Shown one piece after another: positions 11,564 to 25,200 of a stretch of DNA of 46,129 nucleotides. A program made the position numbers and the translations under genes. The stretch lies in contig NW_021834606.1 in assembly GCF_006345805.1 (NCBI RefSeq), forward strand, positions 1-46,129. The letters run 5' to 3'. Each line of letters begins with the position of its first letter. Position 1 is the first letter of the stretch. Origin of the DNA: Octopus sinensis (lineage: Eukaryota). Under the pieces are notes generated by a model, which saw nothing but the letters and a program-made list of their open reading frames with translations, did not search any database and was not told the origin of the DNA.

Positions 11564-14500
11564 GAGTGTATTTTTACCTTGTTAACAATTAACACGGAAA
11601 AATAAATAAATAGTTACCAGGGCAGCAAAAATCTCACAAGTAAAGCTGTTGTAACTCCTTGTTACATTTGCTAAAATGTCGTATTGACGAGTTTCTTTTT
11701 TTTCACTTTCCCGAAGAGAAGATTGCATTGTTTATACCATATATTCTTTTGAATAGTATCAGTGGAATTTTCGAAACATGTGTCGAAAGTAAAAATACTT
11801 GTTTAAACCTGCGTTAACTCCATTTTTTATTCATATATATATATAAGATCAGCAAACAATTTAGATTCAAATGAATATGGTACTTAATTTAGATGCACCA
11901 GAATTTTGTATGGTGTTACCCATAAAAATATGCGGGGTGATTATGATCAAAAATAAGCAACAAGAATGAATCCGGTAATTTAGTACAATTGTTTCATACT
12001 ACAACATTTTATTAAAAGCTGTAAATATTACAGCAGATTTAAGATGCTGAGTAATCTTCAGCTAATTTCATATAGGTTTTCCAATAATATAACAGTTTTC
12101 AAATCAATAATTTTAATAAAATGTTGTAGTATGAAACAATTGTACTAAATTACCGGATTCATTCTTGTTGCTTCACGACCTTCGAATGTTAGGTCTCACC
12201 ATGGAAATGACTAGAGACCGAGACCTATGGAAGTATGCTGTGCGTGAGAAGACCCGGCAAGACTAGTGAAGCCATAACCCATGGCCCCTACCTGGGACGT
12301 AGTCAGTCCAACTGTGCATACCTTCCTGCTTGTGATACTTGTGAAGACCTGTTGAGGCAAGTGAAAGTCAAATCGAATCAAATCAAAATAGATGAACATC
12401 AATGGAATTTGTATCCTTGTAGTACCAGTGCCAGTGGCACATAAGAAAACCATCCGAACGGGACCGTAGCCAGTACCGCATTGACTGGCCTCCGTTCTGT
12501 GGGCACGTAACAAACACCATCCGATCGTAGCCGTTCGCCAGCCTCGTCTGGCACCTGTGTTGGTGGCACATAAGAAAACACCGAAAACACCATCCGAGCG
12601 TGGCCGTCTGCCAGCCTCGTCTGGCACCTGTGTCATTGGCACATAAAAACACCATCCGAGCGTGGCCGTCTGCCAGCCTCGTCTGGCACCTGTGTCGGTG
12701 GCACATAAAATCACCCACTACACTCTCAGAGTGGTTGGCGTTAGGAAGGGCATCCAGCTGTAGAAACACTGCCAGATCTGACTGGCCTGGTGCAGCCTTC
12801 GGGCTTGCCAGACCCCAGTTGAACCGTCCAACCCATGCTAGCATGGAAAGCGGACGTTAAACAATGATGATGATGATGATGATATATATATATCACCGTG
12901 ACCGACCAGGCTATCAGATGTTGCTACACATCGCTGGTCACAATGCGCTTCGCATTGTTTTAGCCTTCAAATGACACCACCCCGCTGGCTAAGCGAGCAG
13001 GCCAACAGAAGAAAGAATGAAAGTTGTGGCGAAAGAGTGCAGCAGAGATCGCCACCGCCACCCCCTGTCAGAGCCTCGTGGAGCTTTAAGTGTTTTTGTT
13101 CAATAAATACTCATAACGCCCAGTCTGGGAATTGAAACCACCATCCTAAGACCACAAGTCAGCTGCCCTAACCACTGGGCCATTGCGCCTCCACTTGTTT
13201 CATACATTCCGCGAAATTGAACCAAATTCAATGACTGACACCCGTGCCAGTGGAGCGCTAACAGTCCGAGCAAGGTGTTTATGGAAGACCAGCAGTCACC
13301 CATGCATACCGGCCTCCCCTCTCCACACCACCAGTGTTATCCAAGGGAAAGGCAAAGGGGCCAATACAGCTTGGCACTTGTGACGTCGCAACTCATTTCT
13401 ACAGCTGAGTGAACTGGAGCAATGTGAAATAAAGTGTCTTGCTCAAGAACACAACACGCAGCCCCGTCCGGGATTCGAGCTCACAACCTCACGATCGTAA
13501 GCTCAATGCATTAACCACTGAGCCATGTGCCTCCCCTTCGGTCATGACTGACCATGGGATTGCATCTAGAAATTTACAAGTCCAGGCAAGGTTCCTCCTC
13601 TCCGCGCCACCGATGGTATCCAAGGGAAAGGCAAAGGGGCCAATACAGCTTGGCACTTGTGACGTCGCAACTCATTTCTACAGCTGAGTGAACAGGAGCA
13701 ACGTGAAATGAAGAGTCTTGCTCAAGAACACAACACGCAGCCCCGTCCGGGATTCGAGCTCACAACCTCACAACCGTAAGCTTGATGCACTAACCACTGA
13801 GCCATGCACACAACATATAAATGTGAGCTACTATGAATTTATGCTTGGATGATAACAGAGCAATTAGTCCAGCAATTAGAGTGCTTAACGAGCCTGAATG
13901 ATTTCAAGATTATTCACAGAGCATGTCCTGTTACTGTATTATATAGTTAGTCCACCGTATAAATATAGTTAGTCCACATTATAATTACAATTAGTCCACA
14001 TTATAATTATAGTTAGTCCACCTTATAATTATAGTTAGTCCACATTATAATTATAGTTAGTCCACATTATAATTATAATTAGTCCACATTATAATTATAA
14101 TTAGTCCACCTTATAATTATAGTTAGTCCACATTATAATTATAATTAGTCCACATTATAATTATAATTAGTCCACCTTATAATTATAGTTAGTCCACCTT
14201 ATAATTATAGTTAGTCCACATTATAATTATAATTAGTCCACATTATAATTACAATTAGTCCACCTTATAATTATAGTTAGTCCACATTATAATTATAATT
14301 AGTCCACATTATAATTACAATTAGTCCACCTTATAATTATAGTTAGTCCACATTATAATTATAATTAGTCCACATTATAATTATAGTTAGTCCACATTAT
14401 AATTATAGTTAGTCCACATTATAATTATAATTAGTCCACCTTATAATTATAATTAGTCCACATTATAATTATAGTTAGTCCACCTTATAATTATAGTTAG

Positions 14501-15936
14501 TCCACATTATAATTATAATTAGTCCACATTATAATTATAGTTAGTCCACCTTATAATTATAGTTAGTCCACATTATAATTATAGTTAGTCCACATTATAA
14601 TTATAATTAGTCCACCTTATAATTATAGTTAGTCCACCTTATAATTATAGTTAGTCCACATTATAATTATAGTTAGTCCACATTATAATTATAGTTAGTC
14701 CACATTATAATTATAGTTAGTCCACATTATAATTATAATTAGTCCACCTTATAATTATAGTTAGTCCACCTTATAATTATAGTTAGTCCACATTATAATT
14801 ATAGTTAGTCCACCTTATAAATATAGTTAGTCCACCTTATAATTATAGTTAGTCCACCTTATAATTATAGTTAGTCCACATTATAATTATAGTTAGTCCA
14901 CCTTATAATTATAGTTAGTCCACCTTATAATTATAATTAGTCCACCTTATAATTATAGTTAGTCCACCTTATAATTATAGTTTGTCCACATTATAATTAT
15001 AATTAGTCCACCTTATAATTATAGTTAGTCCACCTTATAATTATAGTTAGTCCACATTATAATTATAATTAGTCCATATTATAATTACAATTAGTCCACC
15101 TTATAATTATAGTTAGTCCACCTTATAATTATAGTTTGTCCACATTATAATTATAATTAGTCCACCTTATAATTATAGTTAGTCCACCTTATAATTATAG
15201 TTTGTCCACATTATAATTATAATTAGTCCACCTTATAATTATAGTTAGTCCACCTTATAATTATAGTTAGTCCACATAATTAGTCCATATTATAATTACA
15301 GTTAGTCCACCTTATAATTATAGTTAGTCCACCTTATAATTATAGTTAGTCCACCTTATAATTATAGTTAGTCCACCTTATAATTATAGTTAGTCCACAT
15401 TATAATTATAATTAGTCCATATTATAATTACAATTAGTATGGAAATAATGGTAGCTCATACGTGAATCCTGAATTTATTAAACAACACCCCTCTATCCCT
15501 GGGTGGAGTATTCTTGATTATTTTTCTGGGGTCTACCTACAAAGGAACAGTATTACGTATTCATATTTTTGTGTGTGCATATCCATGCATACTCTTTACT
15601 CTTTTACTTGTTTCAGTCATGTGACTGTGGCCATGATGGAGCACCGCCTATAGTCGAGCAAATCGACCCCTTGGGCAAGTGTCTTCTACTATAGCCCCGG
15701 CACCACATATCTCAGCGCTATACCAACTCCTTTGTGTATTTGGTAGATGGAAACTAAAAGAAGCCCATCATATAGGCGCAGGAGTGGCTGTGAGATAAGT
15801 AGCTTGCTAACCAACCACATGGTTCCAGGTTCAGTTCCACTGCGTGACATCTTGGGCAAGTGTCTTCTGCTATAGCCCCGGGCCGACCAATGCCTTGTGA
15901 GTGGATTTGGTAGACGGAAACTGAAAGAAGCCTGTC

Positions 15937-15971
<35 letters not shown>

Positions 15972-17716
15972 TGTGTGTGTATGTGTTTGTGTGTCTGCTG
16001 TGTTTGTTCCCCTAGCATCGCTTGACAACCGAAGCTGGTGTGTTTACGTCCCCGTCACTTAGCGGTTCGGCAAAAGAGACCGATAGAATAAGTACTGGGC
16101 TTACAAAAGAATAAGTCCCGGGGTCGATTTGCTCGACTAAAGGCGGTGCTCCAGCATGGCCGCAGTCAAATGACTGAAACAATTAAAAGAGTTAAAAGAG
16201 AAAAAAGAGTATATATATATATGTATGAGTCTTTGTGTGTGTTTGTCCCGTTGCTTGACAACTGGTGTCTGTGTGTTTACTTCCCTGTAACTTAGCTGTT
16301 TGGCAAAAGAGACTGATAGAATAAGTCCCAGGCTTGAAAAGAAAACAATAAAGGTACTAGGTTGGTTCATTTGATTAAAAATTCTTTGAAGTGGTGCCCC
16401 AGCATGGTCGCAGTCAAATGACTGAAACAAGTAAAAGATAAAATATATATAATACACACACACATATAGGCGCAGGAGTGGCTGTGTGGTAAGTAGCTTG
16501 CTTACCAACCACATGGTTCCGGGTTCAGTCCCACTGCGTGGCATCTTGGGCAAGTGTCTTCTGCTATAGCCTCGGGCCGACCAATGCCTTGTGAGTGGAT
16601 TTGGTAGACGGAAACTGAAAGAAGCCTGTCGTATATACGTATATATATATACATATATGTATGTGTGTGTATATGTTTGTGTGTCTGTGTTTGTCCCCCC
16701 AACATCGCTTGACAACCGATGCTGGTGTGTTTACGTCCCCGTCACTTAGCGGTTCGGCAAAAGAGACCGATAGAATAAGTACTGGGCTTACAAAGAATAA
16801 GTCCCCGGGTCGATTTGCTCGATTAAAGGCGGTGCTCCAGCATGGCCGCAGTCAAATGACTGAAACAAGTAAAAAACAAAAAAAAAATATACATAATGCA
16901 CCTACCTGGCTTCCACAGATGTCTGGTACCAACATTTTCCATGTCAAAAATGACAGTTTGTCCAATAACCCGTCGTTCAATCTGAAACACAAGTCAAAAC
17001 AGAATTGTTATCATTCCTATGCATTAATGTTGACGCTGTTTAGCCACAGGTCGCTCACAGATCCAGTAGACTTATGATCAAAGATTTTAACAAAGATATA
17101 GCTGCTGTTTCTTGCAGGTATAGCTACCATGAACACATCACCCTCATTGGCTCACACATACATATACACCTGCATAAGACAGTAGGGTGTGATTTGAGAG
17201 AATTTTAGTTGCTATTTCTAGGTCTAGCTACCATGTACACACATCTCCCTTATTGGCTCATATATATATATATATATATACATAATAATAAATATTAGGG
17301 AATGAATCCAAAATTACAGGGAAAAATCAGATTTAGGGTTAAATCCAATTTTATAGTAAAATATTATATAATATAATTCGAGACAAAACCACTATTTTAA
17401 AACCAAACAAGGAAAGACTTAATCAATACATAAAATTTTAATATAAATTAAATAAATAAACCGCCACTACAAATGTTTCATGTCTGCTACCGACAATCTT
17501 CAGGTGGATTTTCGATCTTCTAATCAGTATCAAATTATGAAGTCATAATTTGATACTGATTAGAAGATCGAAAATCCACCTGAAGAATGTCAGTAGCAGA
17601 CAGGAAACAATTGTAGTGGCAGTTTATTTAATTTATATTAAAATTTTATGTATTGATTAAGTCTTTCCTTGTTTGATTTTAAAATAGTGGTTTTGTCTCG
17701 AATTATATTATATATA

Positions 17717-17747
<31 letters not shown>

Positions 17748-18097
17748 TAGCAGTATCGCCCGGCGTTGCTCGGGTTTGTAAGGGAAATAACTATATAAGC
17801 ATTTTTAGGGAGTTACTTCCCTTATAGATGCCAATTCGGGCTTTCTTAGCCATTTCTGTTTTGGTGTCTTCAAGCCATGAAGTCGTTGTTCTAAAAAAAC
17901 GCTGGTCTCCTTGACAACGCATTACGACGTTGATTTCTTTACACTCCCTTCCCCACAGCTTCACGAGGGAGGGAAGAAGGGGGAGAAGCAACACAGGTGC
18001 AGGTGTGACCATGGACGCCAACTCCGCCGCCATCGACACACGAAAAATTATGTGGGAGGAGTTAGGAATCTAAATCGAAGGGGACAGACACTCACAC

Positions 18098-18136
<39 letters not shown>

Positions 18137-19151
18137 TGAATTGAAGAAATGGAGTTGAACGAAGATTGAACAGAAATCGTTTTATTGCATTCTACACGAG
18201 TTTCGAAAGGCACAATTTACCAAATTCCGATTGAATAAGGAGACCATATTGTGTCTTTCTCTTCAGGAAGAAATAGGAAATCCGTTGGAAAAAACAAAAA
18301 CAGAACAGAGGCGGAGCAAAACAAATCGAACGAGGCTCCTAAGAGCCCATGGCCAAACTCTGTCTTCTGCTGTGATTTTTGCTACCAAGGTATCAGTTAA
18401 ACTTTTGATTAATCTGCAACAAGATTATTCATCTTTCTATTTCACAAAATATATATATATATATATATATATAAAAACTTACTTGGAGAACAGAAAAGAA
18501 ACGAAACGACGCGAGGGCGCTCAGTCATGCAATAAATTAATAAATAAAATATATGCATACATACATACATATATGTACGTACCTACATCTACATGTATAT
18601 ATACATGCATATATAAATATATATACGTGAGTACAGGACACCACAAATAAACGTAGAACTCAACGAGAAACGAAAACGTAAAAACAAACATGGAAACGGA
18701 CTTTTTTTAACAATGAAAAAAACAGAGTACAAGACAAACAATACAAGGAAAATTCCCCTTCATCAGCTGCCCCTGGTTCGATTCAATGCGTGTTTCGAAG
18801 GTAGTGGTGTCCTGTACTCACATATATATATTTATATATGCATGTATATATATACATGTAGATGTAGGTACGTACATATATGTATGTATGTATGCATATA
18901 TTTTATTTATTAATTTATATATATATATATATACTCTTTTCTCTTTTACTCTTTTACTTGTTTCAGTCATTTGACTGCGGCCATGCTGGAGCACCGCCTT
19001 TGGTCAAGCAAATCGATCCCGGGACTTATTCTTTGTAAGCCCAGTACTTATTCAATCGGTCTCTTTTGCCGAACCGCTAAGTGACGGGGACGTAAACACA
19101 CACCAGCATCGGCTGTCAAGCAATGCTAGGGGGACAAACACAGACACACAA

Positions 19152-19191
<40 letters not shown>

Positions 19192-20104
19192 ATATATACG
19201 ACAGGCTTCTTTCAGTTTCCGTCTACCAAATCCACTCACAAGGCTTTGGTCGGCCCGGGGCTATAGCAGAAGACACTTGCCCAAGGTGCCACGCAATGAG
19301 ACTGAACCCGGAACCATGTGGTTGGTAAGCAAGCTACTTACCACACAGCCACTCCTGCATATATATACATATATACAACGGGCTTCTTTCAGTTTCCGTC
19401 TACCAAATCCACTCACAAGGCATTGGTCGGCCCGGGGCTATAGCAGAAGACACTTGCCCAAGGTGCTATGCAGTGGGACTGAACCCGGAACCATGTGGTT
19501 GGTTAGCAAGCTACTTACCACACAGCCACTCCTGCGCCTGTCATATATATATATGAGCCAACAATGATAATAATAGCAGTGGCAGCACCAACAAAAACAG
19601 CAAAAACAACAATAATAGTCGGTGGAGTAACAAAGTTCACCTTCTGTGACATGATCTTGCAGTCCTCAAGGACGTTTTCAAACTGGATCAATTTACTTTT
19701 TACCAAATCAGATCTTTTCGTTGAAGACATGATCCCCTTCATGTCCAACTCCCCCCATGGGACGATACGGATGAGGGAGCCTTCTTTGTCATGGCCAACA
19801 TCACCTCCTGGCATGTACTTTGTAATGACCTGAAGAAATATAAAACATAAATGATAATAATAATAATAATAATAATAATAATATTAATAATAATAATAAT
19901 AATAATATTAATAATAATAATAATAATAAAGATGGGCTACATGGTATAGAAGATGGCCTACAGCAAATATTCTGCTCAATACCACATATTTGCTTGTCAG
20001 TTGTTTGGACTTAACCAGTTGAGCATGTCCCTTAGTAGCTAATGATATGTGCATCTCTGACCACGATCAGAAGTAGTCGGGGAGCATCATAGCCATATGT
20101 TGAG

Positions 20105-20142
<38 letters not shown>

Positions 20143-20915
20143 ATATATATATGTATTATATCAAATTAGAGATAAAACCACTATTATGCAAATCAAACAA
20201 AGAAAGACTTAAGCCAATACATAAAATAATTTATATAAATTAAAATTTAACATATGAATAACCACTACGATCGTTTCGTGTCAGCACATCTTAGGCAGCA
20301 CATCTTCAGGTGGTTTCAAAACCTTCTTAGCGAGTTTTAAATTATTTTATGTATTGGCTTAAGTCTTTCTTTGTTTGATTTGCATAATTGTGGTTTTGTC
20401 TCTAATTTGATATAATATATTTTACTATAAAATTGGATTCAATCTTAAATCTGATTTTTCCTTGTAAATTTGGATTTATTCCCTAATATTTATTATTATA
20501 TATATATATATATATATGTCCCTAGCCACATTCAGATGGCTGATCCCCCTTATGTTATAGAGTAGTTACTGTTTATATCTCGCTCAGAGATTTATTATTG
20601 TTTTCGAACGGATTTTCTACGCCAGTGACTGTGGTTACTGTGAAAATCCCTATATATCCAGCCTGTAGAGGAAGTCCCTCAACGAAGAACGGTACTTGCC
20701 ATGCGTTGACAAGAGGCAATAACCTCGAAACCGGTCCGTATATAGTATCCGTATCTTCGGGGAGGCTGATCTCCCTTTGCAGGCTGGCAAGGACACCGAG
20801 ATGGTGTCAGCCCTTCTGGTGACGTCGATGATCGCCTGGGGCTAAATGCATCAGTAACACCCCCACTACCCCGCCCTTTCCCTAGCCACATTCAGATGGC
20901 TGATCCCCCTTATGT

Positions 20916-20955
<40 letters not shown>

Positions 20956-21709
20956 CATATATATATATACACCAGTTTCAATCACTCACGTAAAAATTGT
21001 TGGATAACTGGATCAACCAGAATTATCTCCCTTACTCCAAGAACATTACTTGCACAGCACTAGCGCTGTTAAATAACTGTCTCAGGGAACGGACAGCTAG
21101 AATCATGATCACAAGGAATGCTGCTATTAAAGACAATGGTCAGCGAGAGAGATGAAAGGCGATGTTACGGTATAAGTACCGGATACATTTCAAGTACCGG
21201 ATACATTTCAAAAAAGTGTTTTTTATATATATGGGGGGGGGGTTAGGATTAGGGTTAGGGTTTCTGTTAGGGTTAGGGTTTGTGTTAGGAGTGGGAGAAA
21301 AGAGTTTCTGTTATCTTCAGAAATTATAAACAAAGTCACGTGTGTACATATACCGAAGCATCGCCACATACCTATTTCTTTATTGCCAACAAGGGGCTAA
21401 ACACAGAGGGGACAAACAAGGACAGACATAGGTATTAAGTCGATTACATCGACCCCAGTGCGTATCTGGTACTTAATTTATCGACCCCGAAAGGATGAAA
21501 GGCAAAGTCGACCTCGGCGGAATTTGAACTCAGAACGTAACGACAGGCGAAATACCGCTAAGCCTTTCGCCCGAGGTGCTAACGTCTCTGCCAGCTCGAC
21601 CCTAACAGAAACCCTAATCCAAACCCTAACTCTCCCATATAAAAAAAAACACTTTTTTGAAATGTATCTGGTACTTCCAGAAGTACACTGATACTTAAAC
21701 CGTAACATC

Positions 21710-21747
<38 letters not shown>

Positions 21748-22166
21748 ACATCTATATATCACCCATCCCCACATCTTCACACCTACACATACATACACGC
21801 ACACGTCCATACCACCAGCCCCCTTTCACACGCACATACATACTCTCTTATACACACACACACACACACCTTTGTGTTGGGAGTCATTTTTACCTTGTTA
21901 TCTCCCCTACTTTCCTCCTCGTGTTTGACCCTTCTGTCCGGCACTAGTCCCATGATAGATCGTTAGCCACTACACACATTTTTTTCTCTCCTTGTTTTTT
22001 GTCTGTGTCCCTTTCTGTAGAAGAGCATAGGCTCGAAACGTAAAAGACTTTTTCTATTCCTGAGCATTATACTAATACATCTGTTTGTTGTCTACACCAC
22101 CTGTCTTCGTCTTTTGTTTTTTTCTTTAAACTCTCCCTATATATATATATACATACATACATACAT

Positions 22167-22206
<40 letters not shown>

Positions 22207-25200
22207 ACAACCGACTTCTTTCAGTTTCCATCTACCAAATCCACTCACAAGGCTTTGGTCAGCCCAAGGCTGGAGTAGAAGACGCTTGCTCACGATGTCA
22301 CATGGTGGGACTGAACTCAGAACCATGTGGTTGGGAAGCAAGCTTCATACCACACAGCCACACTTCAAGGTGTCTGTGTGTATATACAATAAATGTGTTG
22401 CCATTCAAGAATTTGGACCTGGAGATCTCCATTTCCAGTGTCCTCGAGGGCCACCTCCCAGTGGTGTCGGGCGTCAACGAAGAGCCCTCGATTACAAGAA
22501 GACGACCAAAGTTTGATTTTTTTCCCAAGGTCTGGGGTCTCCCGCCCCTAAGCCCTAGACCATCACCTAATCACCTTTACCCGTCTTGTTCCTTAACAAC
22601 AACAACAATAAATGTGTTTGTGTATATATATTTTTCGTAAATGTGTGTGTGTGTGCTAAAATAGGCCTCATCAGTGCTTGTGCTATGTAAAAAGCAGTTG
22701 GTTCACTCTGTGAGGTGGGTGGCATTTGGAAGGGCTTCCAACTGTAAAAGAACCCTGCCAAAACAGACAGTGAAGCCTGCTGCAGTCTTCTGACTCGCCA
22801 GCCCCTGTCAAATTGTCCAACCCATGCCAGCATGACAAGCAAACATTAAAGGTGGTTGTATACAATAAAGGTGGGTGTATATAACGTGATGATAATATTT
22901 TTACAATGATGATTCTTGTGTTTATACAATAAAGGTGGGTGTATATAATGTGATGATAATATTTTTACAATGATGATTCTTGTGTTTATACAATAAAGGT
23001 GGGTGTATATAATGTGATGATAATATTTTTACAATGATGATTCTTGTTTTTATACAATAAAGGTGGGTGTATATATGTATATATACCTCGGGTGGGACGT
23101 AGTTCTCCAACAGGTCGTCTATTTTCATTTTCTCTCGGAATGATTTACTCTGCAAAAGAAGATTGGAGAAGAGTGAGACATAGAGAGAGACAGGCTTAAC
23201 AGACTGGGGCTATCTTAGGGTAAGGGTTAACGGGGGTTTATGTTAGGGGTTAGTGATATACAGATGGACAGGCCTAGGAAGCTGGAGATGTGTTTGGTAG
23301 GGGCAAAATAATTTGTGGAAGGGTTTAGTGGTTGACAGACAGGCTTAGTGGTTTGCAGTAGGGATGTAAGGACAAGGGCCAATAGGCTTTTGTGGTGGGG
23401 TTTAAAGAAATGTAGATAAACAAGATTAGGGCATTTGAGCTAAGTTTGGTAGGAGCCAGTAGGGGTTACAGACATAGACAAGCTTGGGTAGGACTGGAGA
23501 TGTCAGGTAAGAACAAGGTTTTGTGTAGGGGTTAAGGAGATATAGAGGGCATAGAGGTTTTAAGAGTATGATAGAAGAAGGCTTGCTCTTCATTCCATAG
23601 AAGATAAAATTCAAATCGGACCATGTTAAGACCAAAAATTATTTACATCAAAAAGGTGCTTTTTACGATTTATAAAGCTGAAGTTGTCTGTGTGTGGCAG
23701 GTTTGATAGCCTTCAACTAACACTATCTCCTCCGAGGCCCTGAGGCGAAAGTTGACCAAAATTGAGAGTATGATAGAAGAAGGCTTGCTCTTCATTCCAT
23801 AGAAGATAAAATTCAAATCGGACCATGTAAACACCAATAATTATTTACATCAAAAAGGTGCTTGTTTTCTATGAAAATCCCTATTTTTTACGATTTCTTT
23901 TACTGCTGTGCGGGATCACTGCCAGAGCAGCTGTCTGGTTTCTGTGCCGGTGGGCACGTAAAAAGCACCATTTGAGCGTGTTCATTACCAGCATCAACTT
24001 ACTGGCACATGAACAAAACATTCAAGTGAGGTCGTTGCCTGTGCAGGTGGCATGTAAAAAAATACCATTTCAAGCGTGGCTGTACCCAGTACCACCAGAC
24101 TGGCCCCTGTACCCATGGCATGTAAAAAAATACCATTTCAAGCGTGGCCGTACCCAGTACCACCAGACTGGCCCCTGTACCCATGGCATGTAAAAAAATA
24201 CCATTTCAAGCGTGGCCGTACCCAGTACCACCAGACTGGCCCCTGTACCCATGGCATGTAAAAAAATACCATTTCAAGCGTGGCCGTACCCAGTACCACC
24301 AGACTGGCCCCTGTACCCGGGGCATGTAAAAAAATACCATTTCAAGCGTGGCCGTACCCAGTACCACCAGACTGGCCCCTGTACCCGTGGCATGTAAAAA
24401 AATACCATTTCAAGCGTGGCCATACCCAGTACCACCAGACTGGCCCCTGTACCCGTGGCATGTAAAAAAATACCATTTCAAGCGTGGCCGTACCCAGTAC
24501 CACCAGACTGGCCCCTGTACCCGTGGCATGTAAAAAAATACCATTTCAAGCGTGGCCGTACCCAGTACCACCAGACTGGCCCCTGTACCCGTGGCATGTA
24601 AAAAAATACCATTTCAAGCGTGGCCGTACCCAGTACCACCAGACTGGCCCCTGTACCCGTGGCATGTAAAAAAATACCATTTCAAGCGTGGCCATACCCA
24701 GTACCACCAGACTGGCCCCTGTGCCGGTGGCATGTAAAGAGCACCCACTACACTCTCGGAATGGTTGGTGTTAGGAAGGGCATCCAGCTGTAGAAACTCT
24801 GCCAGATCACATTGGAGTCTGGCGCAGCCATCTGGTTCACCAGTCCTCGGTCAAAATCGTCCAACCCATGCTAACATGGAAAGCGGACGTTAAACGATGA
24901 TGATGAGGAGGAAGAGGATTTACCCATTGCTACACCCATACAATAGCTTTACCATCATGAAACCAGGATTTTCTATACTCGAAGAATTTTGGTATTGGTC
25001 TGGAATCCAACAGTGTTGATAGCCCAGCACTCAGGTTGACCGCTCCATTGGGAATACCCTACTAGGGCTCTATACATGCATACCTACATGCATACAGCAA
25101 TGTAACTACATGTGTGTCATTGGAAATTTTTTTTCCATCTTTGGATTTTTCCCTTTCTCCTTTCCGACAAAGAGCTATGCTTGAAACGTCAAACTCTCTC

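Noticed and set aside
21240-21295. Telomere
   Set aside because: Short, degenerate TTAGGG tract inside a dispersed repeat.
22440-22495. Possible HDV-like ribozyme (gagggc cac ctccca gtg ... c gaa gagccctc)
   Set aside because: No convincing P1 partner, and the second copy at 30.4 kb does not keep the putative P2.
23565-23862. ~95-bp direct repeat at ~200-bp spacing as a retrozyme-like unit
   Set aside because: No ribozyme core found on either strand; treated as a local duplication.
24045-24738. CRISPR-like look of the 68-bp array, and of the MITE+spacer arrays
   Set aside because: No unique spacers, no cas genes, eukaryotic intron; the units are simple tandem repeats or transposons.
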